Of a stretch of 64,000 nt of DNA, positions 21,650 through 31,141 are shown in pieces; within the stretch, counting starts at the first letter, position 1, and each line of letters begins with the position of its first letter. The stretch covers positions 1 through 64,000 of the forward strand of contig CAVTCR010000063.1 of the NCBI GenBank assembly GCA_963733195.1, in the 5' to 3' direction. A program made the translations under genes and the position numbers. This stretch comes from an uncultured delta proteobacterium. Its GTDB lineage: Bacteria; Desulfobacterota; Binatia; Bin18. The notes under the pieces are model-generated. The model did no database searches and was not told where the DNA came from. It saw nothing but the letters and a program-made list of their open reading frames with translations.

Positions 21650-21888
21650 TTGCCGTGGCGTATGGCACTTGTGTAGAAGAAACAAAGTGTTACTTCAACC
21701 GCGGGGGCTCATGCCATGATGGAAAGAGCCTGCGAGAATCCCGCGGCTGAGTCGCCTGTGGGAGGAGAGAGCATCCAGGCGTGAGTTCTCCTGCGGACGG
21801 GATCCCGTGGGTGAATGTTTTGAGAGCAATGATCGGCACGGTATTGTCACCGTCGATCGTACGCCCGGGAAGACTCACGCGGGAGAGG

Positions 21889-23508
21889 CTAGGCGTCGTC
21901 GTTTCCGCTGCGCGGTGTGGTCCGCCTCAGTTGTGCTTCCCGCAGGTCCAATTCTCTTTCGATGCGGCGGCGCGCATCGTCCTTCAGTTGGCCACTGCCC
22001 AGTAATGTGTACAGGTGCTTACGTTCTGCCTCAATGAGCAGTAGCTCCAACTCGGTAGACAAATGGGCGAGTTGTGTGTTCAGCTCGTCGGCTCCGGTTC
22101 TGTACTCCACCTGCTGCAGCCGCTCGTGGTGGTAAGCGCGCAGTGGCTCCACAATCTGCACGGGCAGGTTCCGCTCGGCGGCAAGCTTATCGAGACGTTG
22201 CATGACGGCCTCGATCGTCTGCCGCCGGCTTGCCAGCTCTTCCGCCTCTTCGAGCCGGCGCTCTTCGCGGCCCCGATCCGTAAGGCCGAGCCAGCGGATC
22301 ACAGCAGGCATCAGCAGGCCCTGGCCGACCAGCGTCACCACGATCACACAGAACGTGAGGAACAGAATGAGGTCGCGATCGGGAAAGGGTTCACCGTTGG
22401 CCGTGGCCAACGGAATCGCCAGGGCGGCCGCGAGCGACACAATGCCGCGGATCCCGGTGAACGCCAGCATGAACGGCACCTGCCAAGGCGGCGAGGGGTC
22501 CTTGCGAGCGATGGCGGGAACGAGCCAGCGCGGCAGATAGGTGGCCGGAAATACCCACACGAACCGGGCAACGATCACGACCACACTGATGACCACGGCC
22601 GAGACCAGCAGCTCTCTGGCGGGTAGATCGCCGATGCGGTCGATCAAGGTTCGCGCCTGCAGGCCGGTCAGCAGGAAGACCAGGCCTTCGATGAGATACG
22701 TAAACAGGTCCCAAAAGAAGACGCCCTGCAGCCGCGTGGTCGCGGTAATCAACAGGGGCCCGTTCCAGCTGATGTAGAGCCCGGTAGCGACCGTGGCGAG
22801 CACACCGGAGCCACCCAAATGTTCTGGTACCCAGAAGGCGAGGTAGGGTGTGACCAACGACAGCGTCATCTCGACGTGCGGATCGTGGGCCGTGTGACGG
22901 ACACGCAGCATCAGCCAGCCGATGGTGATGCCGTACATGATTTCGCCGAGGATGATGGCGACGAACGTGCCCACGGCAGGCCCCAGGGAAAATGTTCCAA
23001 TGCTCACAGCAGCGACGGCAAACCGGTAGAGGATCAATGCCGTCGCGTCGTTGGCGAGCCCTTCACCCTCGAGGATCACGATGAGACGCCGCGGCAGGCC
23101 GAGCCGGCGGGCGATGGCGAGCGGTGCGACCACGTCCGGTGGTGAGACGATCGCACCCAACACAAAGCCGATCGGCCAAGGCATGCCGAGCAGCCAGTGA
23201 CCGACGCCGGCGACCGCTACCGTGGTGAAGACAACGCAGCCGACAGCCAAGAGTGTGATCGGCCGCAGGTTGAAGCGGAACTCTCTCCAGCTCATCGCGA
23301 CGCCAGCCGAGTAGATCAGCGGCGGCAGCACCAGCAGCAGCACCAGCTCGGGGACCAACTCGACGCGCGGTAGCCCCGGCACAAGCGCCAGCACGACGCC
23401 GACGATGACCAGCAGAATGGCTGGCGGCACCCTGAGTCGCCGTGCGGCAAGCGCGACAGCCGCCACCACGACGAGCAGCAGCACTGCAATCTGGATGGTC
23501 GCGATCAT
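21889..23508 (-). CDS. CPA1 Na+/H+ antiporter (NhaP/YjcE-like)
   Basis: LPPLIYSAG, GAIVSPPD, LEGEGLANDA, GIRGIVSLAAALAIP. Confidence 0.93.
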   Translation of the reverse strand: MIATIQIAVLLLVVVAAVALAARRLRVPPAILLVIVGVVLALVPGLPRVELVPELVLLLVLPPLIYSAGVAMSWREFRFNLRPITLLAVGCVVFTTVAVAGVGHWLLGMPWPIGFVLGAIVSPPDVVAPLAIARRLGLPRRLIVILEGEGLANDATALILYRFAVAAVSIGTFSLGPAVGTFVAIILGEIMYGITIGWLMLRVRHTAHDPHVEMTLSLVTPYLAFWVPEHLGGSGVLATVATGLYISWNGPLLITATTRLQGVFFWDLFTYLIEGLVFLLTGLQARTLIDRIGDLPARELLVSAVVISVVVIVARFVWVFPATYLPRWLVPAIARKDPSPPWQVPFMLAFTGIRGIVSLAAALAIPLATANGEPFPDRDLILFLTFCVIVVTLVGQGLLMPAVIRWLGLTDRGREERRLEEAEELASRRQTIEAVMQRLDKLAAERNLPVQIVEPLRAYHHERLQQVEYRTGADELNTQLAHLSTELELLLIEAERKHLYTLLGSGQLKDDARRRIERELDLREAQLRRTTPRSGNDDA

Positions 23509-23921
23509 CGTGGGTATAGGCTTCGCCTTCGGCGTACAGGACGTCGTTCTCGGCGTGAGCGGCGATAGCCAAGTTCCGTGCGCTCCGTACGGTCATGAGT
23601 ATGAGACAACCAGCGATACAGGTAGGGCACCCTCCACCTCTTCACCGAAAGTAGAGTTCTATGCTCTTAGAGAGTTGGCGACAAGCTGGGGCGAGTTCTG
23701 CCATACGCTAGAGTGCCCTATCTCTCCATCTCTTTTTCCACCTCCTGATGCTTCACATGCTGATTTACAACAGGGGCAAGCCCGGGCTCGTCTTTTCTGG
23801 CATGTATCTTGTACATGTATCTTGTAAAAGAAAATATTGAGAGGCGGACTGAGCTGAGAGATTTACGGCTGGTCTGTGGTCTGCCTCTCATCACACAAAT
23901 CATTACTCAGGAGGCTTTGTT

Positions 23922-24129
23922 ATGTGGCGACGCTGGTATAGCATCTGGCTGATTGGAGTGTGTCTTTTCAGTCTCTGTGTAGGGATGAATACGGGCTGCG
24001 CGGTGTTTCGTGCTACAGGAAGTAGTGTTGAAGCGGTGGGCGAGGGAGCAGGTCATGCCGTGGCGGGTACGGGCCGTGCGGTGAAGCAGGCGGCAAGTGA
24101 AACGAAACGAGAGCATCACCGGACGATGA
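23922..24129 (+). CDS. small lipoprotein (entericidin-like; probable frameshift near the end)
   Basis: RBS ggagg, hydrophobic signal and TGC lipobox, Ala/Gly-rich amphipathic helix. Confidence 0.55.
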
Positions 24130-24349
24130 GGCTTGACGGGGTCGTGTCCGTCTTACATGCAAAGTCGCAAGCTCGGCGGATCGTAGAAGCGAGGAAGGTG
24201 ATTGCTGCAGAAAGAGGTATGGGAGGGAGTAGCAAAATCCCCCTCTGCGTGTGGCAAAAATCTCACCGATGCGGTGATACCTTTCCCGTGCGGCAGATAG
24301 AACGCACTGCCCAGGCAGGTGGATCTTCGAGGTTGCTGGAAGCGAGCCT

Positions 24350-24931
24350 ATGCAAAGAGGCCCTCAGGCGTGCCGCCGTGTAGGTGTGGGGATCATGAGT
24401 CTTTTGTGTTCCCTGGGGTCGGTACAAACACTGCTCCCATCCCAACACTTTGACCCCCCAGCAAGCCCTGCCCCGCATACGCCGCCAGCTGAAGCCTGGT
24501 TATCGACCCTTGCGTCGGTCTTGGGTCCTGCGCTCACCACAGTAATTCGTCAAGGCCGAGACCAAGCCTATCCGCGCGGGCAGGCAATCCCCGAGTCGAT
24601 CCGTCGCACTCTGGCTCCCTTCTTCTCGCGTGCTGTCCTACAGAAAGTGCGGTATTCCACTGAATGGCAGGATGCCACGACCGGGGGCTCCCTTTATACC
24701 TTGCTTCTCGGGACTGGAGCGGAAGCTGTGACGCTCGTGGATGTGATTGTCTTCCGTGACGAGCAGCTCGCGGCTGATCCGGTCTTATGGGCGCATGAGC
24801 TGACGCATGTAGAACAATATGATCGGCTAGGGATCGAGGCGTTTTCCACGCAGTACCTGCAGCAGGCGTGGGTGCTTGAGCACGAAGCCATAGCGAACGC
24901 CAACAAGATTAAACGGCAGCTCTCCCCATAA
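24350..24931 (+). CDS. DUF4157-like zincin domain protein (start uncertain)
   Basis: AVTLVDVIVF, LWAHELTHVEQY..LG, E-x-E-A. Confidence 0.8.
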   Translation: MQRGPQACRRVGVGIMSLLCSLGSVQTLLPSQHFDPPASPAPHTPPAEAWLSTLASVLGPALTTVIRQGRDQAYPRGQAIPESIRRTLAPFFSRAVLQKVRYSTEWQDATTGGSLYTLLLGTGAEAVTLVDVIVFRDEQLAADPVLWAHELTHVEQYDRLGIEAFSTQYLQQAWVLEHEAIANANKIKRQLSP

Positions 24932-25211
24932 GGTATTAATATGGTTGGATTCTCTACTGTTGGTAATTGTCGACATTTTTCCTGAGTCCCTGCATATAGG
25001 CGTATGCCATAGCGCGCTTTATGAAAAACCCACAAGTTTCTTTGGAAATTTCTTTGATCCAGTTTTAGGAACAGGGCAGCCGCTCTCCATAATTTCCTTC
25101 GGAATGCGCTTGACTGTCAACACTCCCATTTCTGGGCTATCCGAAGTCATGTTGGTACGTCTCTTGCGGCCTGAAATAAAGGGATATCTGCACGAAGAGC
25201 AGGATGTGGTT

Positions 25212-27263
25212 ATGACCAAGCGAAAATATCGCGCTTTGATCTGGGTGGGAGCTATTTTTGGCGTGATTGCTGGCGCGACAGTGATCTTTTTTGCGACGTT
25301 GGATTGGAACAAGGCCAAGGGGTATATTTCAGCCGGCGTTAGCAAGGCCACGGGACGTCAGCTGAAGATCAACGGGGATCTCAACGTAGAGCTCGGTTGG
25401 ATCTCCAAAGTGCGTGCTAGCCAGATACAATTCGAGAACGCACGCTGGAGCACGCACCCCCAGATGGTCGAAGTTGGCCTCGTCGACGTGGAGGTCGATC
25501 TCTGGCAATTGTTCAAGTGGCGGGTTGTCCTTCCTACAGTCACTATTTCTCAAGCCAAAGTAATTCTCGAAAAAAATGCTGCGGGCGAGGCAAACTGGGA
25601 GTTTCGTGCGGCTTCCGCGGTGACAGGCCCAATCCCGGAGAAGCGTACCGAGTTTCCGGTCATCGAAAAACTCATAGTCAAGGACGGGACATTCCTGTTT
25701 GCCAATCAGGAAACTAAAACTCAGCTTGAATTGAAGCTCACTCAGGCGGAAGCGACGGGCTTCTTGGAGACACCGGTCAAGCTCAAGGCAGAGGGCACGT
25801 ATCAGAAACAGCCGCTGACGTTGTCGTTGGAGGGAGGTTCATATCACAACTTGAGGAGCGCGACGGAGCCGTACCCTCTCGATATCAAACTCGGCGTCGG
25901 AAAAGTCAAAGCCAACATCAAGGGGCATCTGGCCGAGCCGTTGGAGATGAAAGGAGAAGACGTCACGCTGGATATTCAAGGAGACGATATGGCGAATCTC
26001 TTCCCGCTCATCCGACTCGTCTTTCCCTCGACGCCCCCATACAAACTTAAAGGCCGGCTGAAACATGAGGCGCAGGTCTGGTCACTCTCAAATTTCTCTG
26101 GACGCGTCGGTGATAGCGATTTATCCGGGACCCTGCGGGTTGACACGGGACCGAAACGGCCCGTCATGAAGGCCGATCTCGTCTCTACCTTACTCGACTT
26201 CGACGACTTAGCGGGGTTTATCGGGGCGACGCCGAAAACAACACCAGGGGAGACCACTTCTGAGGAGCAAAAAAAACGCGCCGCTGTCGAAAAGAAAGAC
26301 GACCGAATATTTCCCGATCAACCCTATAATCTAGAGCGATTGAGAGCGATGGACGCAGATGTGCAGTTGCGCGCCAAGCAGATTCTCGCGCCCAATCTTC
26401 CCATAGACACACTCGTCGCGAAGTTAAGCTTAAACGACGGCGTTTTGAAATTCGAGCCAGCGACATTCGGGGTTGCCAACGGCCGCATCGAACTCTACAG
26501 CACGTTTGATGGAGCGAAACGACCCTCCAAGGTCAATATCGATGCTCGGCTCATGCAGCTGGACCTGAAGCGACTCCTCGGCAAGAGTACCTTCGCGCAA
26601 AATAGCCTCGGCCCTATTGAAGGGCGAATCAACATAGCGGGAACCGGCGAGTCGTTTCGCGAACTCATGGCGACTGCCTCCGGTAATACCTTCGTGGTGA
26701 TGGCCGGCGGGGAAGTCAGCGGGCTGCTCGTTGAGCTGGCCGGGCTGGACGTCGCTGAAACCCTTGGGGTGCTCGTCCAGGGCGACAACCCCATCCCCAT
26801 CCGCTGTGCGGTGATAGATCTTCACGGACAAGACGGACAGATGGACGTCCAAACGCTAGTGTTAGATACCACCGATACAGTCATTTTTGGTGAGGGGAAA
26901 ATCGACCTCCGAGACGAACAGCTTGACATCGTCTTGACTCCCGTTCCGAAAGATTTCAGTCCGCTGAGCCTTCGTTCATTTATTCGAGTGGGGGGAAGCT
27001 TCAAGAAGGTCTCGGTATTTCCCGATCCGCTCAAGACCGGGACCAAATCGCTGCTTGCTAAGATTGCCAACGTCTTCATGGTGCTCGTTTCCGCTGTTGT
27101 CCAGCCCAGGGATCTATGGTTCGGCCAGGACATGGACTGCGATGCCCTGATCGCTGGTCTCCAGAAGAAGGATCCGCATGGAGTCGTCCTCAAAGATGTG
27201 CAGAAACCAGGCGGGTCTCAAACAGTTCCAGGAAAAAGAAGGGCGGTGATAACGACACGTTAG
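25212..27263 (+). CDS. AsmA-family protein (YhjG-like)
   Basis: N-terminal TM, DWNKAKG...ATGR, GRVGDSDLSG, LVELAGLDVAE, PIRC, PKDFSPLSLR. Confidence 0.9.
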   Translation: MTKRKYRALIWVGAIFGVIAGATVIFFATLDWNKAKGYISAGVSKATGRQLKINGDLNVELGWISKVRASQIQFENARWSTHPQMVEVGLVDVEVDLWQLFKWRVVLPTVTISQAKVILEKNAAGEANWEFRAASAVTGPIPEKRTEFPVIEKLIVKDGTFLFANQETKTQLELKLTQAEATGFLETPVKLKAEGTYQKQPLTLSLEGGSYHNLRSATEPYPLDIKLGVGKVKANIKGHLAEPLEMKGEDVTLDIQGDDMANLFPLIRLVFPSTPPYKLKGRLKHEAQVWSLSNFSGRVGDSDLSGTLRVDTGPKRPVMKADLVSTLLDFDDLAGFIGATPKTTPGETTSEEQKKRAAVEKKDDRIFPDQPYNLERLRAMDADVQLRAKQILAPNLPIDTLVAKLSLNDGVLKFEPATFGVANGRIELYSTFDGAKRPSKVNIDARLMQLDLKRLLGKSTFAQNSLGPIEGRINIAGTGESFRELMATASGNTFVVMAGGEVSGLLVELAGLDVAETLGVLVQGDNPIPIRCAVIDLHGQDGQMDVQTLVLDTTDTVIFGEGKIDLRDEQLDIVLTPVPKDFSPLSLRSFIRVGGSFKKVSVFPDPLKTGTKSLLAKIANVFMVLVSAVVQPRDLWFGQDMDCDALIAGLQKKDPHGVVLKDVQKPGGSQTVPGKRRAVITTR

Positions 27264-27369
27264 CGTGAGGTCATGAAGTCTAACGGCGGGGCGCTGTCCA
27301 CCCTAAAGGCCAAGCGTCGACAGACAGCGCAGGGACCGGAGAGATACGCTGCCGTCACCGTATCTTTCC

Positions 27370-27594
27370 TTACGCTGCTTTTGCCTCTTCATGCGAATTG
27401 AGATCTGAAGACGCTGTCGCGGTAGGACTAGCTGCCGTTCGTCGTGGATTGAGTATCCAAAACGACACAGCACTCACCGCAATACCCACGGCACTCAACC
27501 CGAGTAAGCCACCTAAACCAGACAGCAAGGGTGCAAAGTCCGCAGTCATGTCGAGACTTGCGGCGGCAATAGGGAAAATATCGAAGCCAAACAT
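27370..27594 (-). CDS. small membrane protein, hypothetical
   Basis: RBS-like gaaggagag, one hydrophobic segment, ends KAA. Confidence 0.55.
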   Translation of the reverse strand: MFGFDIFPIAAASLDMTADFAPLLSGLGGLLGLSAVGIAVSAVSFWILNPRRTAASPTATASSDLNSHEEAKAA

Positions 27595-28305
27595 ACTTAC
27601 TCTCCTTCCAGAATGGCGTCCTGTCGGTACGCCTTCTACCTAGGGATTGCCCGTACTCACCGCGAGTCAGTCCACAGTGGACTGAACAGGCGATTTTCTG
27701 ATGCGACTGAATAGTATAATTTTGATACTTTTCAGTAATCCAGAGAGTACAATAATTATACTTATCAGTCAAGTAGAGAAGTCTCTTCCCTGAATGCAGG
27801 CCAACGATACTGGTCATCCTTGGATCACGGTGTTTCAGTGCGTCCTAGTGGCAATTACGTGTGAATAGCGATGCATAGGAGTGAGGTGAGCGTGGTGCTT
27901 CACTGTAGATAGTGTGTAAGGGTGATGAGGTGTTCCCCTCGTCACAAACTGTCTGCTATGATCCTGCTATGGCTAACGATAGGCATGTCTTACAACTACA
28001 ACAAGGGATAGCAACTTGGAATACTTGGGGAGTTATCGGACGTAGTACCACTAGCATCTGAATCCACGGCAGTAAGCGGTGAGGACAAAAGTGCGGTCGT
28101 GCTTGTGAGAGATCGTGGCGAGGAGTCGTTTTGTTTCGTCTGGGGGAAGATAGTGCAACTCGGTGTTCATGGGGCGAAGTAGGGCGAGAGGGATAAAACA
28201 TTCGCTTCTCTAGCGCCAGAAGGTATGGCTAGTGCCAGAAAGTATGGCAAGCTTAAAGGTAGGTAAGGGAGGAATCTGGGTGAGCAAAAGCGACTGGAGG
28301 GATCC

Positions 28306-28734
28306 ATGAATATTTTGCTTGTGGAAGATAACCCGCACGATATCTTTTTCGTCCAACGCGCCCTGAAGATAATGGAGAAGCCGGTAGAGTTGAATGTGGT
28401 AGGGGATGGGGAGGACGCTCTGAACTTTCTGTACCACCGTGAGCCGTACACACAGGCAGCTCAGCCCGATCTCATTCTCTTAGACCTTACTATGCCGCGC
28501 AAAACTGGGATGGAGGTTTTAACTGAGATCGAACAAGACCTGCACCTCAAGTGCATCCCGGTCATTATACTCACGAGTAGCACTAATCCCCGAGAGATCG
28601 ACTTCTGCTATGAGTTGGGAGCCAAGGCATGCTTCGTGAAGTCTACGCGGTTAGGCGAGTTATTTACCTTACTGAAGGCGACCGTCGATTTCTGGGGTAT
28701 GTGCAAGGTTCACACCCTGACGAATGCAAATTAG
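28306..28734 (+). CDS. stand-alone response regulator (Rcp1-like)
   Basis: ILLVEDNPHD, PDLILLDLTMPRKTG, IPVIILTSS, CYELGA. Confidence 0.92.
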   Translation: MNILLVEDNPHDIFFVQRALKIMEKPVELNVVGDGEDALNFLYHREPYTQAAQPDLILLDLTMPRKTGMEVLTEIEQDLHLKCIPVIILTSSTNPREIDFCYELGAKACFVKSTRLGELFTLLKATVDFWGMCKVHTLTNAN

Positions 28735-29189
28735 TCAGAATAACTCTTCTGTCTCATTCGTAGTCATGCCCATCCATACCGCCCATGAAAGTTCGGCGAC
28801 GGTAACGAAGCCATGATAATAACCTCTCACCGATGGCGCGCTGCCCGTTGGTCTTGGGGTGGCCGATGCGAGGGGATAGCGATGACCAAGGCCGACTATC
28901 GGCTGCATCTACGGCTGGCCGACCCATGACAATCTCACGCTCATTGGTGCGAACTGGGCGAGCTGAGAACTCTACCGCCGGTCCACGCCGACATTGGAGG
29001 CAACTTTACGAGCTCAAGGTACCTAGACGAGAGGAAGCACGCTGCAGAAAACACCCTCCCCTGCAGCACCACGACAGGAGAGCGTCCTCATCAAGGACGC
29101 GAACAGATACCCCAAGCACTCGCCACTCACGGCTTGGGCTCTGCCTCCTGCTCGTGGTCTACGATCGTCCGCTGGCAATCTCGCTCGAC

Positions 29190-29560
29190 TAACTTTTCCG
29201 GCTGCGTCGACTGCTCCAAGCATCGAGGCAACCGAGCGATCGGGGTCTTGGCTGACATCGGCGCCCACCTTGTCCGCGATCTGCTTGAGCATCGTCGGCA
29301 TTCGTGTCCGCATGCGTGAGCAGAGTGACCTGCAAATCAACTGATTGCGGTGCAGGTGTCGGGGCAGGCTTGGCCTCCAGCGCGGAACTGGGGGTAGCTG
29401 AGCGGGGCGTCAGACATCGACGATTTGTTTTACAAAACGCTCACTGAGTTGCAAGTCCCGATTCTGGCTAATCAGAATGAAGGTGGACAGGAAAATGGCT
29501 TCCAACGAGACGATCAGCGTCAGCAGAGGAAACGGGTAGGGGTCAAAGCCCGCGCTCCCG
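29190..29560 (-). pseudogene. DUF1003-family membrane protein remnant
   Basis: minus-strand GFDPYPFPLLTLIVSLEAIFLSTFILISQNR followed by frameshifted LQV...MLKQIADKVG. Confidence 0.7.
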
Positions 29561-29662
29561 CTCTCTGGCCGATTCTTTACGTACCCGTAAAAGTTTGCGC
29601 GGGGTTGCGGACAGGTCTTCTAGCGGGCCAGTCGGCCAGCCCTGTGTTTAGCTGTTGCGAAT

Positions 29663-30424
29663 TTACCCCCCGGCAGAGCGCCGGGGCTGCCAATGCGCTG
29701 CCTGGTGGGCGGCTACATAGTCCGACCGCGTGAACAGCTTGATCAAGACCATACCCGTGATGAACCCGCCTACGTGTGCCCAGAACGCCACGCCCCCGCT
29801 CGACTTGTCCCCACCCGCTAGCAGGCCGCTGACGACCTGGATCCCCATCCAGTAGAGGAGCATCGTCCACGCGGGCAGCGCCACGGAGGTGAGCAGCAAG
29901 CCCAGGGGCACCATCGTGAACACTCGGACCCGCGGATAGAGGATAAGGTAGGCCCCCATCACTCCACTAATTGCCCCTGAGGCCCCCACCATCGGCACGC
30001 CCGACGCCGGGCTGGTCAGGACCTGCAACAGTGCCGCCGCTAGCCCGCACAGCAAGTAAAACAGAACGAACTGCGGCCGCCCCATCGCGTCTTCGACATT
30101 GTTGCCGAAGAGCCACAGAAACCACATATTGCCGAGTAAATGTAACCAGGACCCGTGCAAGAACATGGAGGTGAAGAGGTGAGAGACCTGCCGCCCCGGG
30201 TCGGTGACGCACACCAAGCCCTCGCCCATGGGAAAGCGGGTTCCAGGCGGGAGCGCGCCGGTGAGTTCTCCAGGAATAAGCCCCAGATTGCAGACCGTCT
30301 CTGCCAGCGACAACGACGCACCAGCCCCTTGCAAGAACAGCCACGCCAGGACATTCGCCGTTATGAGGCTGAGGGTGACGTAAGGCGGCCGCTGGGTCAC
30401 GTTCTCATCACGGTACGGAAACAT
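29663..30424 (-). CDS. rhomboid intramembrane serine protease
   Basis: SMFLHGSWLHLLGNM, VGASGAISG, VAFWAHVGGF. Confidence 0.95.
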   Translation of the reverse strand: MFPYRDENVTQRPPYVTLSLITANVLAWLFLQGAGASLSLAETVCNLGLIPGELTGALPPGTRFPMGEGLVCVTDPGRQVSHLFTSMFLHGSWLHLLGNMWFLWLFGNNVEDAMGRPQFVLFYLLCGLAAALLQVLTSPASGVPMVGASGAISGVMGAYLILYPRVRVFTMVPLGLLLTSVALPAWTMLLYWMGIQVVSGLLAGGDKSSGGVAFWAHVGGFITGMVLIKLFTRSDYVAAHQAAHWQPRRSAGG

Positions 30425-31139
30425 GGTTCTTTCCCCAATCTTCATGCCTCACAGGGAGTCTATTAAGTGCATCGCGGTAAAACTGCCATTGAGGAATAAA
30501 GCTGTCCATCAACGTGGCGAAGCGGCTATTATGTGTAGGCTCTAACAGGTGGACCATCTCATGCACGACGACGTACTCCAGACATTCTAGCGGTTTCTTG
30601 GCTAGTTCCGTGTTGAGCCGAATGCTCTTGGCATTGGGATTACAGCTTCCCCATTTGGTTTTCATCCGTTGCACAAAGAACCGCGCTACGTTCACCCCCA
30701 TGAGCGGCTCCCATTTGGCGATTAGGGCGGGGACGGCCTGCTTAAGCTGGGCGCGATACCATTCTTCGATAACGGCCTGCTTCTTTTCCTCGCTCGTACC
30801 CGGACGGACCCGCAAGTGCATTGTGTTGTGCTTGAGTTCCACTGCAGGTGCCTCGTCGCTTTCGAATACCTTGAGCAAGTAGCGTTTTCCCCAGACGTAG
30901 TGGCTTTCACGGTCGAGATACTCGCGCGGCGTTTCGCGTTCCTGTTCTTGCAGTTTCTTCTGCTGTTGCTTAATCCAGCCGAGTTTGGAAATGGCAAAGA
31001 CACGAATAGTGTCAAGATTCATTCGAAGAGGTGCAGAGATGCGCACTTTGCCAGCAGGCGGGTACACGCTCAAGTGCAGGTTCTTGATATCCTTCTTCAC
31101 CACATCCACCGCAATCTCACCCAGCTCAATCTGCATCAC
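30408..31139 (-). CDS. M48/SprT-like (YgjP, DUF45) metal-dependent hydrolase associated with type I R-M
   Basis: KDIKNLHLSVYPP, MKTKWGSC, EYVVVHEMVHLLE..H. Confidence 0.92.
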   Translation of the reverse strand: MMQIELGEIAVDVVKKDIKNLHLSVYPPAGKVRISAPLRMNLDTIRVFAISKLGWIKQQQKKLQEQERETPREYLDRESHYVWGKRYLLKVFESDEAPAVELKHNTMHLRVRPGTSEEKKQAVIEEWYRAQLKQAVPALIAKWEPLMGVNVARFFVQRMKTKWGSCNPNAKSIRLNTELAKKPLECLEYVVVHEMVHLLEPTHNSRFATLMDSFIPQWQFYRDALNRLPVRHEDWGKNHVSVP

Positions 31140-31141
31140 TG

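Noticed and set aside
24350-24931. Extracellular contractile injection system
   Set aside because: Only a lone DUF4157-like gene is present, with no sheath, tube or baseplate genes.
24945-25211. 89-aa N-terminal extension of the AsmA ORF
   Set aside because: A better start at 25212 directly precedes the TM anchor. The extension is probably untranslated.
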